Positions 38,965 through 49,795 of a stretch of DNA of 64,000 bases are shown one piece after another (position 1 is the first letter of the stretch; each line of letters opens with the position of its first letter). The DNA is from Mobula hypostoma (lineage: Eukaryota). Made by a program: the position numbers and the translations under genes. The stretch lies in contig NC_086097.1 of NCBI RefSeq assembly GCF_963921235.1, positions 129,954,001 through 130,018,000 of the forward strand, written 5' to 3'. Below the pieces are notes generated by a model. That model saw nothing but the letters and a program-made list of their open reading frames with translations, did no database searches and was not told the origin of the DNA.

Positions 38965-39290
38965 AATTAAAGCTGAAATGCCAGAGCAGTACTGAGGAAA
39001 TGCTGCACAGTCTGAGGTGCCATCTTTTGGCTATGCAGTGAAACCAAGACCCACTCCACTTTCAAGTGAATATTATAGCCCCATGACACCATCCTGAAGT
39101 GTACAACAGTTAAAACTGATGGCTTGGGCAACAGTGTCCCTGGAGCAAATAGATTACTTGCTCATTTGCTCATTACTCCCTCTGGGATCATGCTATGCAC
39201 TAGCAGTGGCCATGTTTCCTACAGAACCATCTTTGGCTGAAGAAGGCTTGGGACCCCTGCAGTAGTGAAAGGCACCAGACAAGTCTAAAT
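38965..39290 (+). mobile_element. Ancient Deu-domain SINE (SacSINE1/AmnSINE1-like)
   Basis: gcagtactgaggaaatgctgcacagtctgaggtgccatcttttgg...tgtttcctaca...gtgaaaggc matches the Deu core as recalled. Confidence 0.65.
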
Positions 39291-39829
39291 TAGGAAAATT
39301 AACTCAAAAATTTCAAACTTTTCAACAGCACAGATACTACAGGGACCAAGTATTCACACCAGCAGTGTGAACGATTAATTAAATATACCCAATATTTGGC
39401 TTACATAAATCAGTGCCTCTTTTAACAATATTTCTTTAAGGTTTTACAATAGACTGCAATTACATCCGACAGCTTCGCAGCACTTCTGTTTAGACTTCCC
39501 ATTCAAAATAACGAGTCATCATTTTATTTGGAATCTGCAAAATTCACACAGAAGCAAAGTTTACTGTAAATTTCCTAGTCCTTGCTGCTGGCTAACTGAC
39601 TCAGAAAACAGCAGGGATTGAAGGTTTAACATCAGGTAATATGCTGACCATCAAATGTCCTTGTCCTGGTCATTGCAACATGGTGCAGCTGTCCTATTTA
39701 TTTGTACCGTTTCTGCTGGAGAGAACTATAAATAGATATTTTTTGCCTTTTCCCTGAAAAAAATAGCAACTTGAAGCACTGTTGCCTTGTAGAATGCACT
39801 TGAACTGTATAAAACATTCGCTAAGAACA

Positions 39830-40712
39830 ATCGAACATAAGAAGTGGGAAATGCAGGCTTTTAGGCTCCTCAAATCTGAGTCATCATTCGACATGATCAG
39901 TGCCAAGCCCCTCCTCAAGCACCATTTTCCTTTCTCTTTTGATTCCTTTAATAGCTAGAAATCCAAACTCCATTTTGAACTTGAGATTCTACAATGTCTC
40001 CAAATAGAAAATCCCAAAGGCCCACCATGCTCTCAGTTAACAAATCTCAGTCATTAATGGACTGTAATCGGTAGTTACAATCTCTTTAGCAGAGCACACA
40101 TTCTCCTCACACCTACCTTGTAAAGCTGCCAAACTATTTTGCATGCTTCAAAGAGGTCAGCTTTCAACTTACAAGAACAAATTGGGTCAACCAACTCAAT
40201 GTTTTCTCATTCCAGTAATCATTCTGGTAAATCATTCTGGCATTCTGGTTTAGTATGTACAGCTCTCTTAGGAGAGAGGACCAAAATTGTACACAGTACT
40301 CCAGTTCTGGCCTTACTAAGGCTCTATGTAATTGCAGGAAGATAAAATGAGAGGAGTTTATGCAGTTCTGGTCAGCACTTTACAGAGGGAATGTGGTAAC
40401 ACAAGTGAGGGTGTCAAGAAGATACACAAGGACATTGCCTGGTTACCAGGTTGACAGTGTTGTATTTGAAAAGGACTAACTGAGATCCATAAGATTATGG
40501 GAGGCCCATGCTGGGCAAAGGGTGTCCTAAGATACTGACCTTATGCAGATTTACATTTACATGTAGTTTAAAAAGCACTTAGAAAGAAGTATGAACAAGC
40601 GGGAAATGGAGGGCTAGAGACCTTAATCAGGCAGCTTAAACTGACATCATGGTTGGTGCAGATATTGTGAGCCAAAGGGCCGGTTCTTGTGCTGCACTGT
40701 TCTGTAAGATTC
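39830..40712. mobile_element. Two old CR1 3' fragments, back to back (minus ~39830-40340, plus ~40345-40712)
   Basis: gaccaaaattgtacacagtactcca (minus) and tgcagttctggtca...gccaaagggccggtt (plus). Confidence 0.6.
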
Positions 40713-40734
40713 GCAGCTTGGTATGGCAAATGCT

Positions 40735-42295
40735 ATGCCCAAGATTTTAAGAAATTGCAGAGAGTTATGAACATAGCCTAGTCCATCACACAAACCAACC
40801 ACCCCTCCATTGACCCTGTCTAGACCTTCTACTGCCTTGGGAACACTCAATATAAAACATAATCAAAGACTCCTTCTACCCCAGTCATTCTTTCTTTTCC
40901 CCTCTCTTCATTCAAGCAAACTCACCTCCAAGCTCTTAGACCTTGGACTCAACACATCCCTTTCAACTGGACCCTTGACTGTCTGACTCACAGACCGCAA
41001 ATCAGTCAGGACACCTCCACCACAATCATTCTCAACACTGTGGTTCCAGAAGGCTACATCCTCAGCCCCCTTCTCTACTCCCTATGGGACTCATAACTGT
41101 GTAGCCAGATTCTGCTCTTATTCCATCTATAAGTTTGCAGATGACAACACTGTAGTGGGCCATATCTCAAATAACAATGAATCAGAGTACATGAAGGAAA
41201 CAGAGAGCTTGGTGCCATGGTGCAGTGACAACAACCTTTCCCTTAATGTCAGCAAAGCAAACAAGCTAGTCATTGATTACAGAAAGTGGGGCAGCGTACA
41301 TGCTCCTAAGTTGAGAGGGTTGAGGGAGTCAAGTTCCTAGGAGTGAACATCACCAATTGCTTGCCTTGGTCTAACCATGTTGATGCCATGGCCAAGAAAG
41401 CTCAAAACTCTGCTTCCTCTGCTTCCTCAAAAGGCTCAAGAAACGTGGCATGTCTCCTTTGACGCCCACATATTTTAATCAATGGACCGTAAAAAGCATT
41501 CTACCCGAATATGGCAACTGTGATCACAAATAAACTGCTGAGTGTTGTGGTCACAGTTTAGCACATTATGGAAACCAGCCTCCCCTCCATAGACTCTGTT
41601 TACACTTCTTGCTGCCTCAGTAAAGCAGCCGGCAATATCAAAGATACCTTTACCCCAGTCATTCTTTCCTCCCCCCCTTTCATTGGAAAGAAGATACAAA
41701 AGCCTGAAGCATATTCCACCAGATTCAAGGAAAACATCTATTGTGTTGTTATAAGACTATTGCACAGATCTTGAGTACAATAGATTGGATGCTTGATCTC
41801 AGTCTAACTTGCTATGACCTTGCATCTTATTGTCCACTTTTTATGTAATTGTAACACTTCATTCTGCACTCTGCTATTTTTTTACCTTGTACTATTTCAA
41901 TGCACTGCTGCAATGAATTGATTGGTATGAATGGATGGTATGCAAGACAAGGTTTTCACTGTAGCTTGGTACATGTGATAATAATGAACCAGTTTACCAA
42001 ATTACCTATTATCTCATTGGGCAGAAGATACAAAACCTTGAGAACACGTACCACCAGGCTCACGGACTGCTACTATCGGCTCTGTATCAGACCTCTTAGA
42101 TGCTAAAAGATGAATTTTTAATCTCTCAATCTACATTGCTGGAAACTTGCATTTTATCTATTTGCACAGCACTTTCTCTGTAACTATAACAACATATTCT
42201 ATACTCTGTTTACATTTTTACAACCTTAAGGTACTTGTGTATGGAATAATCTGTCTGATGGCACGCAATCAAAAGCTTTTAATTCTATTTCAGTA
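40735..42295 (+). mobile_element. Cluster of Rex1/Babar-like LINE fragments including RT core
   Basis: LNTG.P.G..LSPLLYSL, IYKFADDNTVVG.I and WCSDNNLSLNVSK motifs. Confidence 0.85.
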
Positions 42296-42297
42296 TA

Positions 42298-43818
42298 TAA
42301 TACTGTGCAAAAGTTTTAGGCACCCTAGATTTTTTAATATAAATTTTGTTTTAGATATTTATTTTTTGTTTTCTGCATTCTGTGTCAGAAGAAAAGAGCA
42401 AATTTTACATGTCCAAACATTCATTTTCCAAAAGATTAAATGTGAGAGAAATTTTGGTATTTTGTTCAAACATGTAACATTAAGTAATAGACCACATTTC
42501 AAATAAAAACTTGATTACTTTGTAGGTAAATAGTCCAGTGTATGATTAAACAAAGATAACCAATAGGTGCTAATGATCAAAGACATAATGAGTTGAATGA
42601 GCTAAATTGATTAACTGAAACAGAAATACACATAGAAGGAATCAATCTGGGTGAAGGACAACCAAACTAAAAGGTGAGGGTGTGGCAGATGTGACAGTTT
42701 AACCTTTAAACCATCAATCCTTACACCACGGCAAGAGTAAGCACAGCAACAAGACAGAAGGTGGTCATCTTGTATTAGCAAGGTCCCTCCCAAGCAGAAA
42801 TTTCATGGCAAACAGGAGTTTCAATATGTGCTGTCTAAACTCTCCTGAAGAAGCACAAGGAAACAGGCAAGGATGAGAACCAGAAACTGAGTGCAGGAGA
42901 TAAGAGAGTCATCAAATCAGAAAATGTCTATCACTGCTATCAGCACTGAACTCAGAAACCACAGGAACTCAAGTACACCCCTCTACAGCCCAGAGAAGTC
43001 CTGTCAGAAGTGGTCTTCATGGAAAAGCTGTTGCGAGAAAGCCATTCCTGTCAAGTGGAAACAAAGCTAAGAGACTCACCTATGCACCAAATTAAGACTG
43101 ATGTGCTGAACAATGGCAGCAAGTGCTCTGGACTGACGAGTCAAAATTTGACATTTTTGGCTCAAACAGGAGGCAGTTTTTCTGTAGAAAAGCTGGAGAA
43201 CACTACATGGATGAGTGGCTACAGCCATCAGTGAAGCACAGTGGAGGATCCCTGCCTCCCCTCCGGAGTTGGTGATCGGGTCAGAGTTAATGGAATCCTC
43301 AAAACTGAGAAGTACAAGCAGATTTTCATCCATCATGCAATAACATCGGGGGGTGTGGAGGGGGCTCTGATTGGTCTCAGTTTCATTCTGCAGCAGGACA
43401 ATGACACCAAACACATGGCCAAAGTCATAAAGAACTAACTTCAACGAAAAGAAGAACAAGGAGTTCTACAACAGATCCCAGATCTCAACATCATCGAGGC
43501 TGTCTGAGATTATCTGGAGAGAAAGAAACCTGCAAGACAGCCAAAGTCTGCAGAACTGTGGCAAGATCTCCAAGATACTTGGAACAACCTACCAGTCAAT
43601 TTTCTTATAAAACTGCACAACAGTGTACATTTGTACATAACAGAATTAATAGAGTTTTAATGGTAAAGGATGGTCATACCAAATGCTAATTTGATTTAGA
43701 TTTTTTTTACTGTTTACTGCTCTTTATAGTAATTTTTTTGATATTTAGAAACTTTTCATTATTTCTTCACTTTACATAATTTTTTTTACATGTGCCCAAG
43801 ACAGTTGCACTGTACACT
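42298..43818 (+). mobile_element. Tc1/mariner DNA transposon, degraded transposase
   Basis: Imperfect TIRs tactgtgcaaaagttttaggcac / gtgcccaagacagttgcactgta. Transposase remnants WTDESKF (~43130), KHSGGS, FILQQDND.KH, PDLNIIEAV (~43478). Confidence 0.88.
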
Positions 43819-43964
43819 ATGTGACAATATAAACCAAACAAAATACCTGGTTAGGCAGGGATATTTTTTCCTCAATGAGTGGTATGGATCTGGAACTCAC
43901 TATTTGGAGGATATTAGAGGCAGAAGCCCCCTCTGGATTTGAAAAAAACACAGTTAAGTATAAT

Positions 43965-44355
43965 TGGTAATATCTACACAAGATGTTATCCCAAGAAGGC
44001 AACATCTGTCATCATAAAAGGTTACACTTTTCAGGCCATGCCATCATCTTGCAGCTACCATCAGACATATGGTACAAAAGTCCCACACCAGCATGTTCAA
44101 GAATATCTACTTCCCTTCACCTATTCTATACATGCACCACGCTGCACGATCAGTAACTCAGCATTGCAACACTATGACCACTTTGCACTACAATGGATTT
44201 TTTAAAGTATGACTTTTGTTTTATCTTGTATAATTTTTTTGTGTGAATGTGTGTCTCTAATTCTATGTACCTATGATGCTGCTACAAGTAAGATTTTCAT
44301 TGTACCTGTGCATACATATACTGATGCACATCACAGTAACCTTAACTTTGACTTC
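43965..44355 (+). mobile_element. Rex1/Babar-like 3' fragment
   Basis: IYTRC..KKATS.I motif and family 3' UTR. Confidence 0.6.
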
Positions 44356-47300
44356 CTAGAGCTATAAACTACAGGGTGAGGGACCAAGAGCCAGGCAGTG
44401 GGATTAATCTAAAATCCATTGTATTATATGGGTTAAAGAGTTTCGTTATGTGGTGGATATTTCTTTGATTCTAGGATCCAGGATTAGAGTCACAGTTAGT
44501 CCCAGGATGGATAAAGTTTCACTTCCCTGAAGGATATTAATGAAGTAGCTGCATTTTTAAAAATATTGCCAGAAGTTTCAAGGTGATCTTTACCAAGTCT
44601 TTTATATATTTCAGCCAGCATATATGAAAGGAAAATAATTCTGAATTCAAATCTACAATTGAGTCTGTCATTCTCTCCACTCAGAGCATTCAATTTGGCA
44701 GACTGTTAAGAGTGTATTAGAATCCAAATTAGACATTCAAATAGCCAGTCTGTGAGATGTGTAAGCTTTATGAGAATCTCATGAAATGGCAAAGGTGATG
44801 CATTGTTCAGTCACAGAATTTCTTCCTGGATCTGACTCAGTTTTATCAACTTTACTTCATTGTAAGTTTTCTACACATAATTTGAACAAAACAAAACTAA
44901 CGCCTGATAGGAACATGTTTATTGCTTGATAATAAAACAAAACAATTACAGAGAAAAATAGGAGCAGAAGACACCCAGTTGGTCTTTCAAAATCATTCTG
45001 ACTGATTTTCTATCTCAATATCAAATTCCAGCTCTTTCTCCATACTTTTTGGTATCTTTTGTATCTTGAATACTTCTCCTTAAATATATTTGGTGACTTA
45101 GCCACTGCAACCTTTTGTGGTAGAGAATTCCACGGGTTTTGGCACCTCAGTCCTAAACATGAGGAGACATTAGATTGCTTGGAGGTAGAGAGAGTTTAAA
45201 CGGAGTAAGTGGGGGCGATTGGCATGTTTTTGAGTGCCATAGTCCCAAGGAGACACCAAGTTGCTTGGAGGAAGAGTTTAAAAGAAGCGAATGGGACAGT
45301 CGGCATATTTTGTGTGCCACAGTCCCAAGGAGACATTGGATTGCGCAAAATTAGGCACTTGGCAAGGACAAATAAAAAAAAATTAGGTTTAGATGGAGTG
45401 GTTATCGTGGAAGCCCCAATGTGTGAGTGGGCCAGTGCTGGAGTGGGGAGTTGAGGTTTTGTTTCATGAAAGCTTTGCAGAAGAGAGGCTAGGCCATAGG
45501 TAGATCTTTTTTGTTATTTATTCTTTCTATATTCCTTATTGCACATTTAGAGCATTGGGGATGCCAGACAGAATACTGGTAGGTCCTCTTGTGGGATGTG
45601 GGAAGGTAGGGAGACCTCCAGTGTCCCTCAAAACTACGTCTGCAAGAAATGCATCCAGCTGCAGATTCCGTGTTAAGGAACCGGAGCTGCAGCTTGACAA
45701 CCTTCAGCTCATAGAGAAGGATAAGGAGGTGACAGATAGAAGCTACAGGGAGGTAGTGACTCCTAATTTGCTGGAGGCAGATACCTGAGTGACTGTCAGC
45801 AGAGGGAAAAAGAATAGACAGCCAGTGCAGAGGACCCCTGTGGCCGTTCCCCTCAACAATAAATATACTGCTTTAGATACTGCTGCAGGAAACAACCTAC
45901 CAGAGAAAAGCTGCAGCAAGCATGCCTCTGACACTGAGCCTGACTGAGAGGGAAGCTAAGAGAAGAGACAAGCTGTACTGATAGAGGATTCATTGGTTAG
46001 GGGAACAGAAAGGAGATCCTGTGGATGAGAACAAGATTCCAGGGTGGTTCCTGGATGCTAGGGTCAGGGATATCTCGGATCAAGTCCACAGCATTCTTAA
46101 GAGGGAGGGTGAGCAGCCAGAGGTCGTGGTCCCAGACAGTACCAATGGCATGGGTAGGATGGGTGGCGAGGTCCTGAAAAGTGAGTTGGGAAAGTTAGGA
46201 GCTAAGTTAAAGGACAGGATCTCCAGGGTTGTGATCTCAGGATTGCTACCTGTGCCACATGCTAGTGAGGCTAGAAATAGGAAGATCATATAGTTTAACA
46301 CATGGCTAAGGAGTTGGTGCAGGAGGGAGGGCTTCAGATTTTTGGATCACTGAACCCTCTTCCAGGGAAGATGTGACCTATACAGAAAGGACAGTTTACA
46401 CCTGAACTGGAGGGGGACTAATTTCTGAGAGGAAAAATTTGCCAGTGTTGCATAGTGGGGAGGGGAGGGGAGGTGGGGCGGGGGCAGGTTAAACCAGAGT
46501 TGCAGTGGGATGGGAACCAGAACATCAGAATAGATAGTGAAGTGATTACAGGGAAAGATCTTGTTAAGCCTACCTACAAAGTCAGGGATCAAAAGACTGA
46601 GCATACTGGGACTAATGTTCTGAGCTTCGTATATTTCAACGGAAGGAGTATTGTAGAAAAGGCGGATGGGCCAGAGCATGGATCAGCATGTGGAATTTTG
46701 ACATTGTTGCCATGAGTGAGACTTGGTTGCAGGAGTGGCAGAACTGACAGCTCAGTGTTCTGGGTTTCCATTGTTTTAAATGTGACAGAGATGGAGGGAT
46801 AAAAGGAGGAAGCATAGCATTACTAGTCAGGTAAAATGTCATGGCAGTACTCAGTCAGGACAGACTGGAGAGCTTGTCTGGTGAGGCTTTATGGAGAGAA
46901 CTGAGGAATAAGAAAGGGATGATCATGTTAATAGGATTATATTATGGACTACCCAAGAGTACACAGGATTTAGAGGAGCAAATTTGTAGAGAGATCAAAG
47001 ACCGTTACAAGTAACATAGAGGTTGTGATAGCAGGTGATTTTAACTTTCCACACATTGACCTGGACTCCCATACTATGAAAGGGTAGATGGTAAAGAGTT
47101 TGTCAAATGCATTCAGGAAAATTCCCTTAATCAGTATATAGAAATCCCAACTACAGAGAGTGCAATACTAGATCTATTAGGGAATGAGACCAGGCAGGTG
47201 ACAGAAGTTTGTGTAGGGGAAAGCTTTGCCATTGGTTTCAAGCTATTATGGAAAAGAATATGTCTAGTCTCAGGTTGAGATTCTAAATTGGAGAAAGGCC

Positions 47301-48753
47301 AATTTTAATGATATCAGGAAGGACCTGGAAAGTGTGGATTGGGTCAGGTTGTTTCCTGGCAAAGACGTACTTGAAGAAGGCCTTCAAAAGTGAAATTTTG
47401 TGAGTATAGAGTAAGTATGTTCCTGTCATAATAAAAGGCAAGGATAACAGGTTTAGGGAACCTTGGTTTTTGAGAGATTCTGAGGCCCTTTTTAAGTGAA
47501 AGAAGAAGGTGTATAGCAGGTATAGGCAGGCAGACATCAATGAGATACTTAAGGAGTATAAGAAATGCAATAGAACACTTAGGAAGGAAATCAGGAGTGC
47601 TAAAAGACACAAGGTTCCTCTTACAGACAGGGTAAAGAAGAATTATAAGAATTTCTACAGAAATATTAAGACAGCATGAGATAAAATTGGTCCTCTGGAA
47701 GATCAGAATGGTAATCTACGCTTGGAACCGGAAGAGATGGGGGAAGATCTTAAGTGGATTTCTTGCATCTGTTTTCACTTGGGAGATAGACACAGCATCT
47801 GTAGATGAGAGGCAATGTTGCAATGAGGTCAAGGACCGTATTGAAATTAAAGAGGAGGAAGTGCTTGCCGTCTTGAGGCAAATTAGGGTGGATAAGTCCT
47901 CAGGGATAATGTGTCCCTTGAACCCTGTAGGAGGCTAGTGCAGAAATTGCAGGGGCCCTAGCAGAGATATTTAAATCATCCATAGTCACAGGTGAGGTGC
48001 CAGAGGATTGGAAGATAGCTAATGTTGCTCCGCTATTTAAGAAAGGCTCTAAGATTAAGTCAGAAAATCATAGGCCGGTGAGCTTGACATTAGTAGGGGG
48101 AAAGTTGTCGGATGGTATTCTAAGGGACCGGATATGTAAGTATATAGATAGACGGGGAGTAATTTGGGATTATCAACATGACTTTCTGCATAGTCCGTGG
48201 TGTCTAACCAATTTTAAAGTTTTTTGAGGAAGTTACCCAGGAAAGTTAATGAAGGCAAGGCAGTGGATGTTGTCTACGTGGACTTGAGCAAGGTTTTCGA
48301 CAAAGTCCCACATAGGAGGTTGGTCAAGAAGATTCAGTTACTTGGCATTCAAAACGAGGTAGTAAATTGGATTAGACACTGGCTTTGCAGAACAGAGTGC
48401 TTGTCGATGGTTGCCTCTCTGACTGAAGACCTGTGACTAGTGTGTACCGCAAGAATTGATGCTGGGTCCACTGTTGTTTGTTATCTATATTAACAAAATG
48501 GATGATAATGTGATAAACTAGATCAGGCAGATGTCATCAAGATTGGGGACATAGTGGACAACAAGGAAGACCATCAAAACTTGCATTGGGATGTGGACTA
48601 GCTAGTGATATAGACTGAAAAACAGCAGATGGAATTTAATGCAAAGGGTTGCACTTTGGAAGGAGTAACGAAGGTAGTTCTTTCATGGTAAGTGGTAGGG
48701 CACTGAGCAGCGTGGTAGAAAAGAGGGTCTGGGAACAGATCCATAGTTCCTTG

Positions 48754-48892
48754 CAACATACATAAAAGTTGCTGGTGAACGCAGCAGGCCAGGCAGCACC
48801 TCTTCCTAGAGATGCTGCCTAGCCTGCTGCGTTCACCAGCAACTTTTATGTGTGTTGCTTGAATTTCCAGCATCTGCAGAATTCCTGTTGTT
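48754..48892. mobile_element. 139-bp fold-back Penelope terminal-repeat insertion with 14-bp TSD (TCCATAGTTCCTTG)
   Basis: TSD at 48740-48753 and 48893-48906. ~46-bp inverted arms at 48753-48798 / 48813-48858. Confidence 0.9.
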
Positions 48893-49795
48893 TCCATAGT
48901 TCCTTGAAAGTGCTGTCACAGGTAGACAGGGTTGTAAAGCAAGCTTTTGGCATATTGGTCTTCAGAAATCAATGTATTGAGTAGGAATTGGGATGTTATG
49001 TTGAAGTAATATCCCAACTCCTGATCACAGTTCCAACACCATCTATAAATTTGCTGACAATACAACTATTGTTAGCAGAATCTCAGATGGTGACGAGAGG
49101 GCGTAGAGGAATGAGATATACCAGCTGGTTGAGTGATGTCGCTGCAACAACCTTGCACTCAATATCACTAAAATCCATTGAAGATCTTCCCCCATCTCTT
49201 TCTGTTCCACGCATAGATTACCATTCTGATCTTCCAGAGGACCAATTTTGTCCCATGCTGTCCTTCTGCTCTTAATATTACTGTGGAAGCCCTTAGGATT
49301 CTCCTTCACCAAAGACCAAAGAACTGGCTACGGACATCAAAAAAGGTAAGACGAGGTGAGACACACCAGTCTTCAAAGAGGAATTCAGAAGTGGAGAAAG
49401 TGAGAACTTTCAAATTCCCAGGTGTCAATATCTCTGAGGACCTAACCGGGACCCAATATTTTGATGCAGTAATAAAGAAGGCAAGACAGCAGCTATATTT
49501 CATTCAGAGTTTGGTAAGATTTAGTATGTCACAAAAAACACTCACAAATTTCTACAGGCGTACTGTGGACACCATTCTAACTGGCTGCATCACTGTCTGG
49601 TATGGGGGGGGGGGGGGAGGTGGGACTACTGCACAGGATCGAAGTAAGCTGCAGAGTGTTGTAGAATTAGCCAGCCCTATCATGTGCACTAGCCTCCATA
49701 GTATCCAAGTCAACTTCAAGGAACAGTGCCTCAGAAAGGTGGCATCCATCATTAAGGATCTTCACTACCCAGGACATACCCTCTTCTCATTGCTA

